The position numbers and the translations under genes are program-made. From contig CAZPDA010000002.1 of assembly GCA_964585115.1 (NCBI GenBank), positions 1-32,202 on the forward strand: a stretch of 32,202 nucleotides of DNA. The letters run 5' to 3'. Position 1 is the first letter of the stretch. Each line of letters begins with the position of its first letter. The notes under the pieces are model-generated. The model did no database searches, was not told the origin of the DNA, and saw only the letters and a program-made list of their open reading frames with translations. Below are positions 24,815-32,202 of this stretch, piece after piece. Source of the stretch: an uncultured Flavipsychrobacter sp. (GTDB taxonomy: Bacteria > Bacteroidota > Bacteroidia > Chitinophagales > Chitinophagaceae).

Positions 24815-27800
24815 TTAAAAATCTGTACCAATAGAAAAATGCAGCATCGACTCTCTTTCCACATTGAATGCGTAGTCTAACCTTAAGAAATAACCAAATA
24901 CCATAGTTCTAGCACCTAGACCATAGCTAGCACCAATGCCATTACTCTTATCGTCTATAATTAAAGTAACTGGTGTTGTAGGTGGATGATTCGGATCCAT
25001 AACAGTTATATTGTTAGCTACATTTTCATCGCTAGGCCATAATCCCATCCAAGCAGAACCAACATCAAAAAACGCCACAGCCTGAAGGCTTCTCAAAATT
25101 CCTGACTGGATAGGCTTTTTAGCAAATGTTGTAACGACAGGTAGTCTTACTTCAGTATTTATTAGTGCAAACGTATTACCATTCCAAGTATTACGCGCAT
25201 AACCTCGCATATTATTTGCAACAGTTTGGAATGCATACTCTTCTGTGTTTCTAATAGGAGTATAAGAATTATACTCTGCATTCAGCCAATTGTCAACACC
25301 ACCTAAGAAATACAATACTTTTTGATTCCCTCTTGAGTGAGCCGCTGCTGTTCTGAAAGCCCAAATGCAATTCTTGTATATCTTTTTATAATACCTGATA
25401 TCAGTACCAATGTTATAAAAGCCCCCTTTACTATTGAGTCCATAAAAATATTCTCCATATATTTTATAGCGAGTACCATTCCATATATTAGTTATAGGGT
25501 TTATCGTATTATCAAATACGTACTCTGCCCTGCTTATAACCCAGTTGTTATTTCTCTGCTCAGGATCAAAAGACAAACTAAGTGTATCTTCTGCTTTAAA
25601 GGTCAAACGATCATTTCTAAAACCTAAATGCAAACGAAGACTACTTCTTCTGCTAAATGGATAGCTAGCAGTACCTGTTACTATATTCGATACAACTTTA
25701 CCAGTTTGAACATTTGTGTCAACAAAAGATCCATTCTGATCAAAATATGCTACGTTATACTGCCTTCTAGAATGAGACCTTAAATACAATACAGACCAAT
25801 CTACTCTTGTTTTGAAGTTTTCATATTGTAAAAAATAGTTGGTTCCATCAAAGCTTATTGGTACTCGGAAGCCACCAGTCACTCTGTGATCTTCTAGTAC
25901 ATCATCTAAACTCACTGATATTAGCCCTCCAAGAGGTGGGTTGTAGAAACTATTACCATTAAGTGCTGCCGGCTGGTATCTATTGAATAAAATACTATTA
26001 TCAAGTTTCACAGAGAAAAAGTCAGGCTGGAATGACAGTCTATATTTATACGACCTCATATTTACAAATGAGCTATCTACCTGATTTTTTTTATCTAACC
26101 CTATGTTGTCATCTACCTTTTTATCTGCTATGTCTACGTTTGCAATTTTACTATCATTATTACTATCATCGTCATCTTCAAACTGGGACTGAAAAACATT
26201 GCCTTTCTTTAAAATCGGTTTTGATTTAGTTTGTTGGTTATTTAGTACAGATGCTCCTTTTTTTGATTCTGACTTAGAAAGTATTGTTTTTGGCAACTCT
26301 ATTTTAGGTGAATTAGAGGTCGGTACTTTTACTGGTTCAAAATACACTTTATACTTACCTCCAACCCTTATCACATTTGCTATTTTATTAGTAGCTGCAT
26401 TATATTGATGATTAATGATATTACTTTGAAAATTAGTTACTGGTACTGAGAAAGCAGAATCTTTATTCCCAACTCCCCTATTCATTAATATGATATACTG
26501 GTTTTGTATACCATTCTCGTCATGTAGATAAGCATAGTTTTCACTACCGTATTGTATCGGCTGTCTGGCGTCTCCTTTTTCTATACGAGACATTTGAATC
26601 AACTCTTTGCTTTCAGTAGTAGTGTTGTAGAAGAACACATTCATGGGGCCGGTAGGTAGCTCATTTACTCCCATTGATACATCAATGTTCGGTTTAGGTC
26701 TATTAGATAAGAATAAAACACCTCTGCGTGTACCTCCGCTTACATACCATGGCTCTACGTCATCCCATGCATCATCTGTAATATTTGTCATCCTCTTTCC
26801 TCTTATCTTAAACTCATAGAGGTCTGTATTACCTTTTTTTATCGCAGAGAATATTAGTTTACCATCATCTTCCATAAAGGTCATACTTAGCACCCTATCG
26901 AATCTATTAGGAGGTATAACATAATTCTCTACAACTGCTTTCAGTGAGTTGTATATTCGTAACCTTGTCTCCAAGCCTACTCTATATAATATGGCTAGTT
27001 TATATCCATTATTAGACCATGTAATTAGTGGGTAATCTTGGTCTGGAGTTTCATTAAAGTCTTTAAAACCACCTCTTAAAACAACAGCTTTTGTCTGCTG
27101 TTGTTTTGTTTTCTGTATATAGACCTTGTATTCACCATGTTTCCACGTCACGTATGCTACATCTGCACCTCTTGGGGCTACTCTTATATCTCTTAGCACA
27201 GTACCATCATCCGGCACATCTATTTCTATAAGCGCTGTTGTACTATCTGGCTTTTGCCTTATCTGCTCATCAAGCGCATACATGTTCCTATAAAATGTCA
27301 TTACAGAGTCATAGGCTTCTTTAGCCTTCATACCCATAGTAGATTGTAAGCCCTGATTTAAACTACTCTTAAGCTGAATAGTATAAACCATATTCTTCAT
27401 ATTGTTTTCTCCATATCTATCAGATATATACTTCCAAAATGCCTTACCTGCAAGCTCTGGATTTTTCTCAGAAAGGTCATGAAAACCTTTATTAGGATAC
27501 ATTTCAACCATCCCCTTCCAATCACTATTAGCTTTTGTATCCCACCCGTCTACTATATAAGATATGAATCCATATACTGTCCAATCAGGCAAAGTGGCTA
27601 ATACAGCATTTCTAACAACATCTCTAAAACTGTCACCAAACAGCATTTTCTCCATAATGACTCTTGACATACCAGCTCGGGTTTGTCGCCTTAAGTCTTT
27701 ATGTTCACCTGTAAAATATACTACAAGCTTATCTCCTACTAAATTTACAGTTCCAGCAGGAATGTCACGTAGTTGAGACTCGTTTTTTCTACCAACATTT

Positions 27801-28123
27801 GTTTGGCGATATTCATCAAATGAATTGTAAAGGATAATATTAAAGCGCTTAGGGAATGAACCACCCATTTTGCTTTCTATTACAGCTATATCATTCTCTA
27901 CCTGCTCTGCTACATATTCTGCAAGCTCTCTACCTGCTCTATCATAATGGTATATTCTAAAGTGCTTGGTATCATAATACTTCCATTTGAACTTACGATA
28001 CTGAATTCTATTTTGGCCATATATTTCCAAATTGGTCTGAGCCTCAAGCGAGAAGGAAACTAACATAAGGGCTAAAAGCAATATAGAGCTAAAAGCAAAA
28101 CCTTTTGCCTTAAATATCTTCAT
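24815..28123 (-). CDS. Large outer membrane protein: N-terminal globular domain + TolB/PD40-like repeats + acidic/Lys-rich linker + Omp85-like C-terminal beta-barrel
   Basis: 1102 aa with signal peptide ending SLEAQ. Repeats resemble PD40 (DVAYVTWKHGEYKVYIQ, ITWSNNGYKLAILY, GKLIFSAIKKGNTDLYEF). The low-complexity linker is FEDDDDSNNDSKIANVDIADKKVDDN. The C-terminal ~400 aa have alternating strands, an MRGY motif resembling the Omp85 loop-6 (V/I)RG(Y/F), and a terminal ...HFSIGTDF. The domain calls were not verified. Confidence 0.55.
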   Translation of the reverse strand: MKIFKAKGFAFSSILLLALMLVSFSLEAQTNLEIYGQNRIQYRKFKWKYYDTKHFRIYHYDRAGRELAEYVAEQVENDIAVIESKMGGSFPKRFNIILYNSFDEYRQTNVGRKNESQLRDIPAGTVNLVGDKLVVYFTGEHKDLRRQTRAGMSRVIMEKMLFGDSFRDVVRNAVLATLPDWTVYGFISYIVDGWDTKANSDWKGMVEMYPNKGFHDLSEKNPELAGKAFWKYISDRYGENNMKNMVYTIQLKSSLNQGLQSTMGMKAKEAYDSVMTFYRNMYALDEQIRQKPDSTTALIEIDVPDDGTVLRDIRVAPRGADVAYVTWKHGEYKVYIQKTKQQQTKAVVLRGGFKDFNETPDQDYPLITWSNNGYKLAILYRVGLETRLRIYNSLKAVVENYVIPPNRFDRVLSMTFMEDDGKLIFSAIKKGNTDLYEFKIRGKRMTNITDDAWDDVEPWYVSGGTRRGVLFLSNRPKPNIDVSMGVNELPTGPMNVFFYNTTTESKELIQMSRIEKGDARQPIQYGSENYAYLHDENGIQNQYIILMNRGVGNKDSAFSVPVTNFQSNIINHQYNAATNKIANVIRVGGKYKVYFEPVKVPTSNSPKIELPKTILSKSESKKGASVLNNQQTKSKPILKKGNVFQSQFEDDDDSNNDSKIANVDIADKKVDDNIGLDKKNQVDSSFVNMRSYKYRLSFQPDFFSVKLDNSILFNRYQPAALNGNSFYNPPLGGLISVSLDDVLEDHRVTGGFRVPISFDGTNYFLQYENFKTRVDWSVLYLRSHSRRQYNVAYFDQNGSFVDTNVQTGKVVSNIVTGTASYPFSRRSSLRLHLGFRNDRLTFKAEDTLSLSFDPEQRNNNWVISRAEYVFDNTINPITNIWNGTRYKIYGEYFYGLNSKGGFYNIGTDIRYYKKIYKNCIWAFRTAAAHSRGNQKVLYFLGGVDNWLNAEYNSYTPIRNTEEYAFQTVANNMRGYARNTWNGNTFALINTEVRLPVVTTFAKKPIQSGILRSLQAVAFFDVGSAWMGLWPSDENVANNITVMDPNHPPTTPVTLIIDDKSNGIGASYGLGARTMVFGYFLRLDYAFNVERESMLHFSIGTDF

Positions 28124-28166
28124 AATATATTGAGCGTAGTTACAATTATTTTTATTAAGCTTCTTC

Positions 28167-28174
28167 CAAAGCTA
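28167..28174 (-). promoter_or_regulatory. Bacteroidota-type -7 box (TAgcTTTG) for the 1102-aa gene
   Basis: It matches TAnnTTTG on the minus strand, with its 3' end 43 nt upstream of the ATG at 28123. Confidence 0.4.
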
Positions 28175-28186
28175 TATTTTATACTA

Positions 28187-28194
28187 TAAGTTTG
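28187..28194 (+). promoter_or_regulatory. Bacteroidota-type -7 box (TAagTTTG) for the MBL hydrolase gene
   Basis: It matches TAnnTTTG and ends 29 nt before the ATG at 28224. It is back-to-back with the minus-strand box. Confidence 0.4.
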
Positions 28195-28223
28195 TATCTA
28201 AATTAATGAAAAAAGCTTAGGAG

Positions 28224-28868
28224 ATGCTATATATAGAGTCATTTACTTTTAATCCTTTTCAAGAAAATACTTATATCCTGTATAATGACAATAAACAATG
28301 CTGGTTTATTGACCCTGGCATGTATAATAGCGATGAAACTAGTATTATTGATAACTATATCAAGCAACATGAGTTAGTACCACAAGCTATTATCAATACA
28401 CATACGCACATTGATCACATATTTGGAGTTAGCTACCTTTCAGAAAAATACAAAATACCATTTCAGATACATAAACTAGACACACCCGTTCTTCAAGGAG
28501 CTGCGGGGTCAGCTATGCTATTCGGTTTCAATTTCCCTAAAGCACCAGAAGTATCAAGCTATATTGATGAGACCAAGCCATTGATACTAGGAGAAGATAC
28601 ATTAGAGGTCAAATTAACTCCCGGACATTCCCCTGGGAGTGTATCATTCTACTCTAAAGAGAACAATTGGGTGATAAGCGGAGATGTACTATTTGCTGGC
28701 AGTATAGGTAGAACGGATCTTCCTGGTGGAGACCATCCTACACTAATAAATAGCATTAACCAACACCTATTAACACTTGAAGATGATGTAACAGTATATT
28801 CCGGTCATGGCCCATCTACTACCATCGATGTTGAAAGGCGAACAAACCCTTTCTTAAACGGCTATTAA
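28224..28868 (+). CDS. MBL-fold metallo-hydrolase (glyoxalase II-like)
   Basis: 214 aa with the HTHTHIDH (HxHxDH) motif, TPGHSPGS, and GD.LF.GSIGRTD...GH. Confidence 0.85.
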   Translation: MLYIESFTFNPFQENTYILYNDNKQCWFIDPGMYNSDETSIIDNYIKQHELVPQAIINTHTHIDHIFGVSYLSEKYKIPFQIHKLDTPVLQGAAGSAMLFGFNFPKAPEVSSYIDETKPLILGEDTLEVKLTPGHSPGSVSFYSKENNWVISGDVLFAGSIGRTDLPGGDHPTLINSINQHLLTLEDDVTVYSGHGPSTTIDVERRTNPFLNGY

Positions 28869-29582
28869 TTTATCGCCTACAAGCTTTGGTAAAACAGGGT
28901 GTAAGTCTGGTGTAGCGCAATATTCCATGTCTTTTTCCAGACCAAAAGCTGAAAGCCTCTTATAGTGAGCACTATCCTCTAAATAAGATATTAGAGGAGC
29001 ACCTTTTGTTTGTTCGAATAAGCTTACAGCCGCTCTCAAGCTGTCACAGTTGCAATTAAAATTATCTTTGATTTGACTAGCAACTGCACCAGCAAATAAT
29101 GCATCCTCAAGGTTGAATCTATCTTTCCATGCAGCGCATGCTAACAATACATTTTTATCACTAGCCCTTAAATGATCAACTACTGCTGATAAATTAAGGA
29201 ATGAGCCTGTTACTATTTCATTAGCACACTCTACCATATGTAGCAGCTTCGTGCCGTTTGTAGTTGTTAGTACTAGTGACTTTCCTTCAACAAACTTGCG
29301 GGGATAAGCACTTGGAGAGTTTCCATACTGCAAACCTTCAACCACCTGACCATTTCTCTCACCAGCTGTAATACTATTAGGTGTATGCTCTCCAATTTCA
29401 ATACATTCAGCGACAGAAGCAACGGGTATCACTTCTTTAGCACCATTATGCAGAGCCGCAGCTATAGTAGAAGTAGCTCTAAAAACATCAATAATAACTA
29501 CAGTACTACCTGTAGTGTCATATAAGTTCAATAAAGCTGGGGAAAAGCATACTTCTAATCTTGGCTTGTTCTGATCACTCAT
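28854..29582 (-). CDS. comB: 2-phosphosulfolactate phosphatase-like protein (ComB family)
   Basis: I chose ATG 29582 (MSDQNKPRLEVCFSP). The blocks VVIIDVFRATSTIAAAL.NGA and VLTTTNGTK resemble the ComB family as I recall it. The 3' end overlaps the MBL gene by 15 nt. Confidence 0.75.
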   Translation of the reverse strand: MSDQNKPRLEVCFSPALLNLYDTTGSTVVIIDVFRATSTIAAALHNGAKEVIPVASVAECIEIGEHTPNSITAGERNGQVVEGLQYGNSPSAYPRKFVEGKSLVLTTTNGTKLLHMVECANEIVTGSFLNLSAVVDHLRASDKNVLLACAAWKDRFNLEDALFAGAVASQIKDNFNCNCDSLRAAVSLFEQTKGAPLISYLEDSAHYKRLSAFGLEKDMEYCATPDLHPVLPKLVGDKLIAV

Positions 29583-29640
29583 TAATACTGAATATTCAAA
29601 TTCGTGCAAAAATAGACGATAAAAGTATTCTTGCAATATT

Positions 29641-29677
29641 TATAAAATAAAAAGCCGCTCCAAAACTGAAGCGGCTT
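29641..29677 (-). terminator. Intrinsic terminator downstream of gldN
   Basis: On the minus strand, AAGCCGCT-loop-AGCGGCTT (29652-29677) is followed by TTTTATTTTATA. Confidence 0.75.
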
Positions 29678-29698
29678 AGTCTTATTTATAAGGGATAA

Positions 29699-30622
29699 TT
29701 AATATACCCACATATCATGTTCTTTATTAAACAAGCTTTGAGCTGCTTGTTGACCTTCGTACAGAGCATTCAAATCAGACATATATTGGCTTCTGTCTTT
29801 GTAACTCATATCGAATGGATTGCTTGTTTTGATAATTCTACTATCAAAGAAGCGTCCTTCAAAATAGTCATCCCAAGTCATACGTGCAACATCATTCTCA
29901 GGATTAAACACCTCATACTGAGCCAACATAGGACGCATTTCAGGATAATATAACCAGAATACTGCTTGAGAACCTCGGAACGTACCGTTATCATTATAGA
30001 TGTCAATTATAGGTGCTATACCTATTATTCTAACAACCATTCTACCAAGGTTTCTATCAAACATCCAGTCTTCTTTAAGACGATACTTGGTAACTTTACT
30101 AGGATCGAATTCACGACTAGTAATAACCATTGTAGTTTCCCCGGTTACCGGATCATCTATATAAACTGTATCTGGTTTTCCTATAAGTAGTTCCAATATT
30201 TGATCCTTAGTCAACGCATTAGCAAAACGATCATCTATATTAGAATATGCTTTTATTTTACCTTTTTTTACAGCATCAAGTACAATCTCGATAAAGAATC
30301 CACCACCAGTGTACTCATCACCAGGAAAGATAAATGCCATGTTTTGCTTTTGTCGTGTGTCAATCTCGCGCCATACGCGTTTTTTCCACATAACATCAGC
30401 CTCCCTAAGAGGTTGCCAATCTAATATCTTATTAATATGAGGCACCCTATCATATGCTCCATCTGGCACCAATGAAGGCTGCCAAGTGTCATTCACTCCG
30501 TTGTTTGGATCAAACTGAGAATGAATGTCAGTTACTGAAGTATTTTGGGCAAAGGCCAAACTACTAGCAAATACTAGTGCTGTAGAGGCCGCAATTCTGT
30601 ATAGTCTGAGGATACTCATCAT
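29699..30622 (-). CDS. gldN: Gliding motility / T9SS periplasmic ring protein GldN
   Basis: 307 aa with signal peptide ending SLAFAQ. It lies immediately downstream of gldM. The size and the VMWKKRVWREID...KQN block are as I recall for GldN. Confidence 0.82.
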   Translation of the reverse strand: MMSILRLYRIAASTALVFASSLAFAQNTSVTDIHSQFDPNNGVNDTWQPSLVPDGAYDRVPHINKILDWQPLREADVMWKKRVWREIDTRQKQNMAFIFPGDEYTGGGFFIEIVLDAVKKGKIKAYSNIDDRFANALTKDQILELLIGKPDTVYIDDPVTGETTMVITSREFDPSKVTKYRLKEDWMFDRNLGRMVVRIIGIAPIIDIYNDNGTFRGSQAVFWLYYPEMRPMLAQYEVFNPENDVARMTWDDYFEGRFFDSRIIKTSNPFDMSYKDRSQYMSDLNALYEGQQAAQSLFNKEHDMWVY

Positions 30623-30686
30623 CCTTGTACAATTTGCTTATGAACGTTAAATATAATCAATTTGTTTCAACATGACAATACTATTA

Positions 30687-32201
30687 CTATAGTAATGTCA
30701 ACGTAATGGAATTCAACTTTCTGGTTCTTCCATCAGGACCTCTGGCCCTAATTTCTTCAATAAATATCTTATCACCAGGTTTAGTTCTTCCTATTAAATC
30801 TTGTACTTGCTTATTACCTTTAAAATAGGCTCCTGTAACAGGGAATGGTCCAAGAAGTTCACTTCTCTTTGGTAGCATGCTAAAATCAAAACTAGTTACT
30901 ACAAACCTTGCTTCGAAATCAAAGTTTTTAAGAACGGCACTAACACCAGGTATAACCTTAAAAATGTTAGAAGGCATACCTCCACCAGAATACTTACCAA
31001 CCATTGCAATAGGGTCAGGAATAAACTTAACACGTATCTCAAGACCACCAACTTTCTCAGTACCTCCACCAGCTTTCTTAGCAATAATGCTAGCAGGTAC
31101 ATTACCAGGCTTAGTTACGTTCACTATATAGTGTCCACGACCTTTATCATTATCTTCTTTTACCGATGCGCCAGGTATATCTACGGTGATATCTTCAAGC
31201 GAATAACCTGCTGCAGATACAGTAATTGGATTAGGTACACCTATATAGAATACGTTCATCTTATCAAGCTGCATAGAAGCTCCTGTAGAACCTACCATAT
31301 ATTGGAATGTATATGGCTTCTCTTCAATTCTACCACCAAGATCTATCTTAACGGTACCAGATACAGTTTTAAGACCAATACCAGTAGCTGTCGTTTTCCA
31401 ATGAGAGATACCGCTATCGACTCTTACTTCCTGTCCTGAACTGTAGGTAACTGTAGGATTAACAGCATTGTTATACGCTGCAAGCATTACACGGGCTGTA
31501 ATCTCTTGACCTTCAAGTGCATAAGATGGGGTAGGTATTGCGATTGCTTGGAACGCATCAAACTTAAGCTGAATATCTCCTGCTTCTTTCGATAGTTGCT
31601 CCACCACTAACGCTTCACTACCACGGACATCATTCTGGAATTTAGAAAGTAATGTTACCGCAGCCATAGTTGGCATATTGTAAAAATATGCTGTTGACCA
31701 GTCTGCTTGTGGATTATTCTCCGTTTTTTCAACTTGCTTAATGTTAATAGGAAAATCTTCTTCTATAAGTGCTTTTGAGCTAGGAGATAACACACTTAAC
31801 ATAGAGCTTTTAAGTTGAGTTAATTTAGCCTTAATCTCATTACCTCCTTTATTCTCTACAAGTAATAATGTACTTGCATCAATATTATCTTGTCTTTTAA
31901 TGGTAACACCATCATCATCGTAACCACCAGCCTCTATTACTACTTTCTTCTTCCATTCTTCAAGATAAGCAACCATTTGATCGGCTTGTTGCTTAACCTG
32001 CTTAGCCTTATCATTAAATGGTTTTATACGATCAAATTGACCTTGTTGCTTTTGTTGTTCATCAAAAGCGTCATACATCTTCTTATTCTTGTCCTCAATG
32101 GCAACATTAGAGGCATTGATGCTCTGATTGATAACTTTAAACGCGTGCAAAATCTCCGATGATACATTCAGTGCCAACATAGCTGTAAGCACGAGGTACA
32201 T
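30687..32201 (-). CDS. gldM: Gliding motility / T9SS protein GldM, N-terminus cut by window edge
   Basis: The visible N-terminus MYLVLTAMLALNVSSEILHAFKVINQSI corresponds to the single TM helix region of GldM (consensus INLMYLV..AMLALN), which normally follows ~10-15 residues. The rest is a long periplasmic part. Confidence 0.88.
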   Translation of the reverse strand: MYLVLTAMLALNVSSEILHAFKVINQSINASNVAIEDKNKKMYDAFDEQQKQQGQFDRIKPFNDKAKQVKQQADQMVAYLEEWKKKVVIEAGGYDDDGVTIKRQDNIDASTLLLVENKGGNEIKAKLTQLKSSMLSVLSPSSKALIEEDFPINIKQVEKTENNPQADWSTAYFYNMPTMAAVTLLSKFQNDVRGSEALVVEQLSKEAGDIQLKFDAFQAIAIPTPSYALEGQEITARVMLAAYNNAVNPTVTYSSGQEVRVDSGISHWKTTATGIGLKTVSGTVKIDLGGRIEEKPYTFQYMVGSTGASMQLDKMNVFYIGVPNPITVSAAGYSLEDITVDIPGASVKEDNDKGRGHYIVNVTKPGNVPASIIAKKAGGGTEKVGGLEIRVKFIPDPIAMVGKYSGGGMPSNIFKVIPGVSAVLKNFDFEARFVVTSFDFSMLPKRSELLGPFPVTGAYFKGNKQVQDLIGRTKPGDKIFIEEIRARGPDGRTRKLNSITLTLL

Positions 32202-32202
32202 C

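Noticed and set aside
26085-26264. A8 (26085-26092) and A7 (26258-26264) coding-strand homopolymers in the 1102-aa gene as phase-variation tracts
   Set aside because: They encode Lys-Lys in a Lys/Asp-rich linker of an AT-rich genome. The lengths are borderline, and there is no frameshifted copy or other evidence of slippage in this single sequence.
30877-32162. Plus-strand ORFs inside gldM (30877-31131, 31131-31439, 31890-32162) and inside gldN (29717-30424)
   Set aside because: They are antisense to conserved gliding genes. Their short, low-complexity translations are rich in Ile, Phe, Tyr, Leu and Ser and have no motifs.
1-32202. Mobile elements, CRISPR arrays, tRNA/rRNA genes
   Set aside because: No transposase, integrase or recombinase-like ORF was seen. 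There are no regularly spaced direct repeats and no cloverleaf-like or rRNA-like segments. All intergenic gaps are under 210 nt and are accounted for by promoters or terminators.

Overview
AT-rich chromosomal segment that looks like Bacteroidota. Supporting signs are gldM/gldN gliding/T9SS genes, a protease with a T9SS C-terminal sorting domain, TAnnTTTG-type -7 promoter boxes and lipoproteins with acidic post-Cys signals. I support 22 protein genes and found no rRNA, tRNA, CRISPR array, transposase or integrase. Gene order is: DUF2490-like barrel (partial), ACMSD-type amidohydrolase, then a plug+barrel outer-membrane (OM) receptor-like protein divergent from a propeller/Y_Y_Y histidine kinase and NarL-type regulator. 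Next come a small membrane-anchored protein, a lipoprotein truncated haemoglobin, a DsbA-like protein, an M43 metalloprotease with T9SS CTD, a small membrane protein and a second receptor-like paralogue. These are followed by smc, a small lipoprotein, hscA-like Hsp70 and aspartate kinase. The last block is an OstA-like double jellyroll protein, MlaD, a 1102-aa TolB-like/Omp85-like OM protein, an MBL hydrolase, a ComB-like phosphatase, gldN and gldM (partial). The best-supported novel signals come first. (1) A textbook-looking leader-peptide attenuator sits in front of aspartate kinase, with a consensus promoter, a 16-codon Lys/Thr/Met/Ile-rich uORF and mutually exclusive hairpins. (2) A three-gene envelope module (Omp85-like + MCE protein with long helical tail + LptA-like double jellyroll) may be an uncharacterised trans-envelope lipid conduit. 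(3) Tandem C5-N5-G5 palindromes and an AGGGGGAT 8-mer occur only in the control regions of the two-component system. (4) A truncated haemoglobin is made as a probably surface-exported lipoprotein. All family calls come from by-eye motif recognition; no searches were run.
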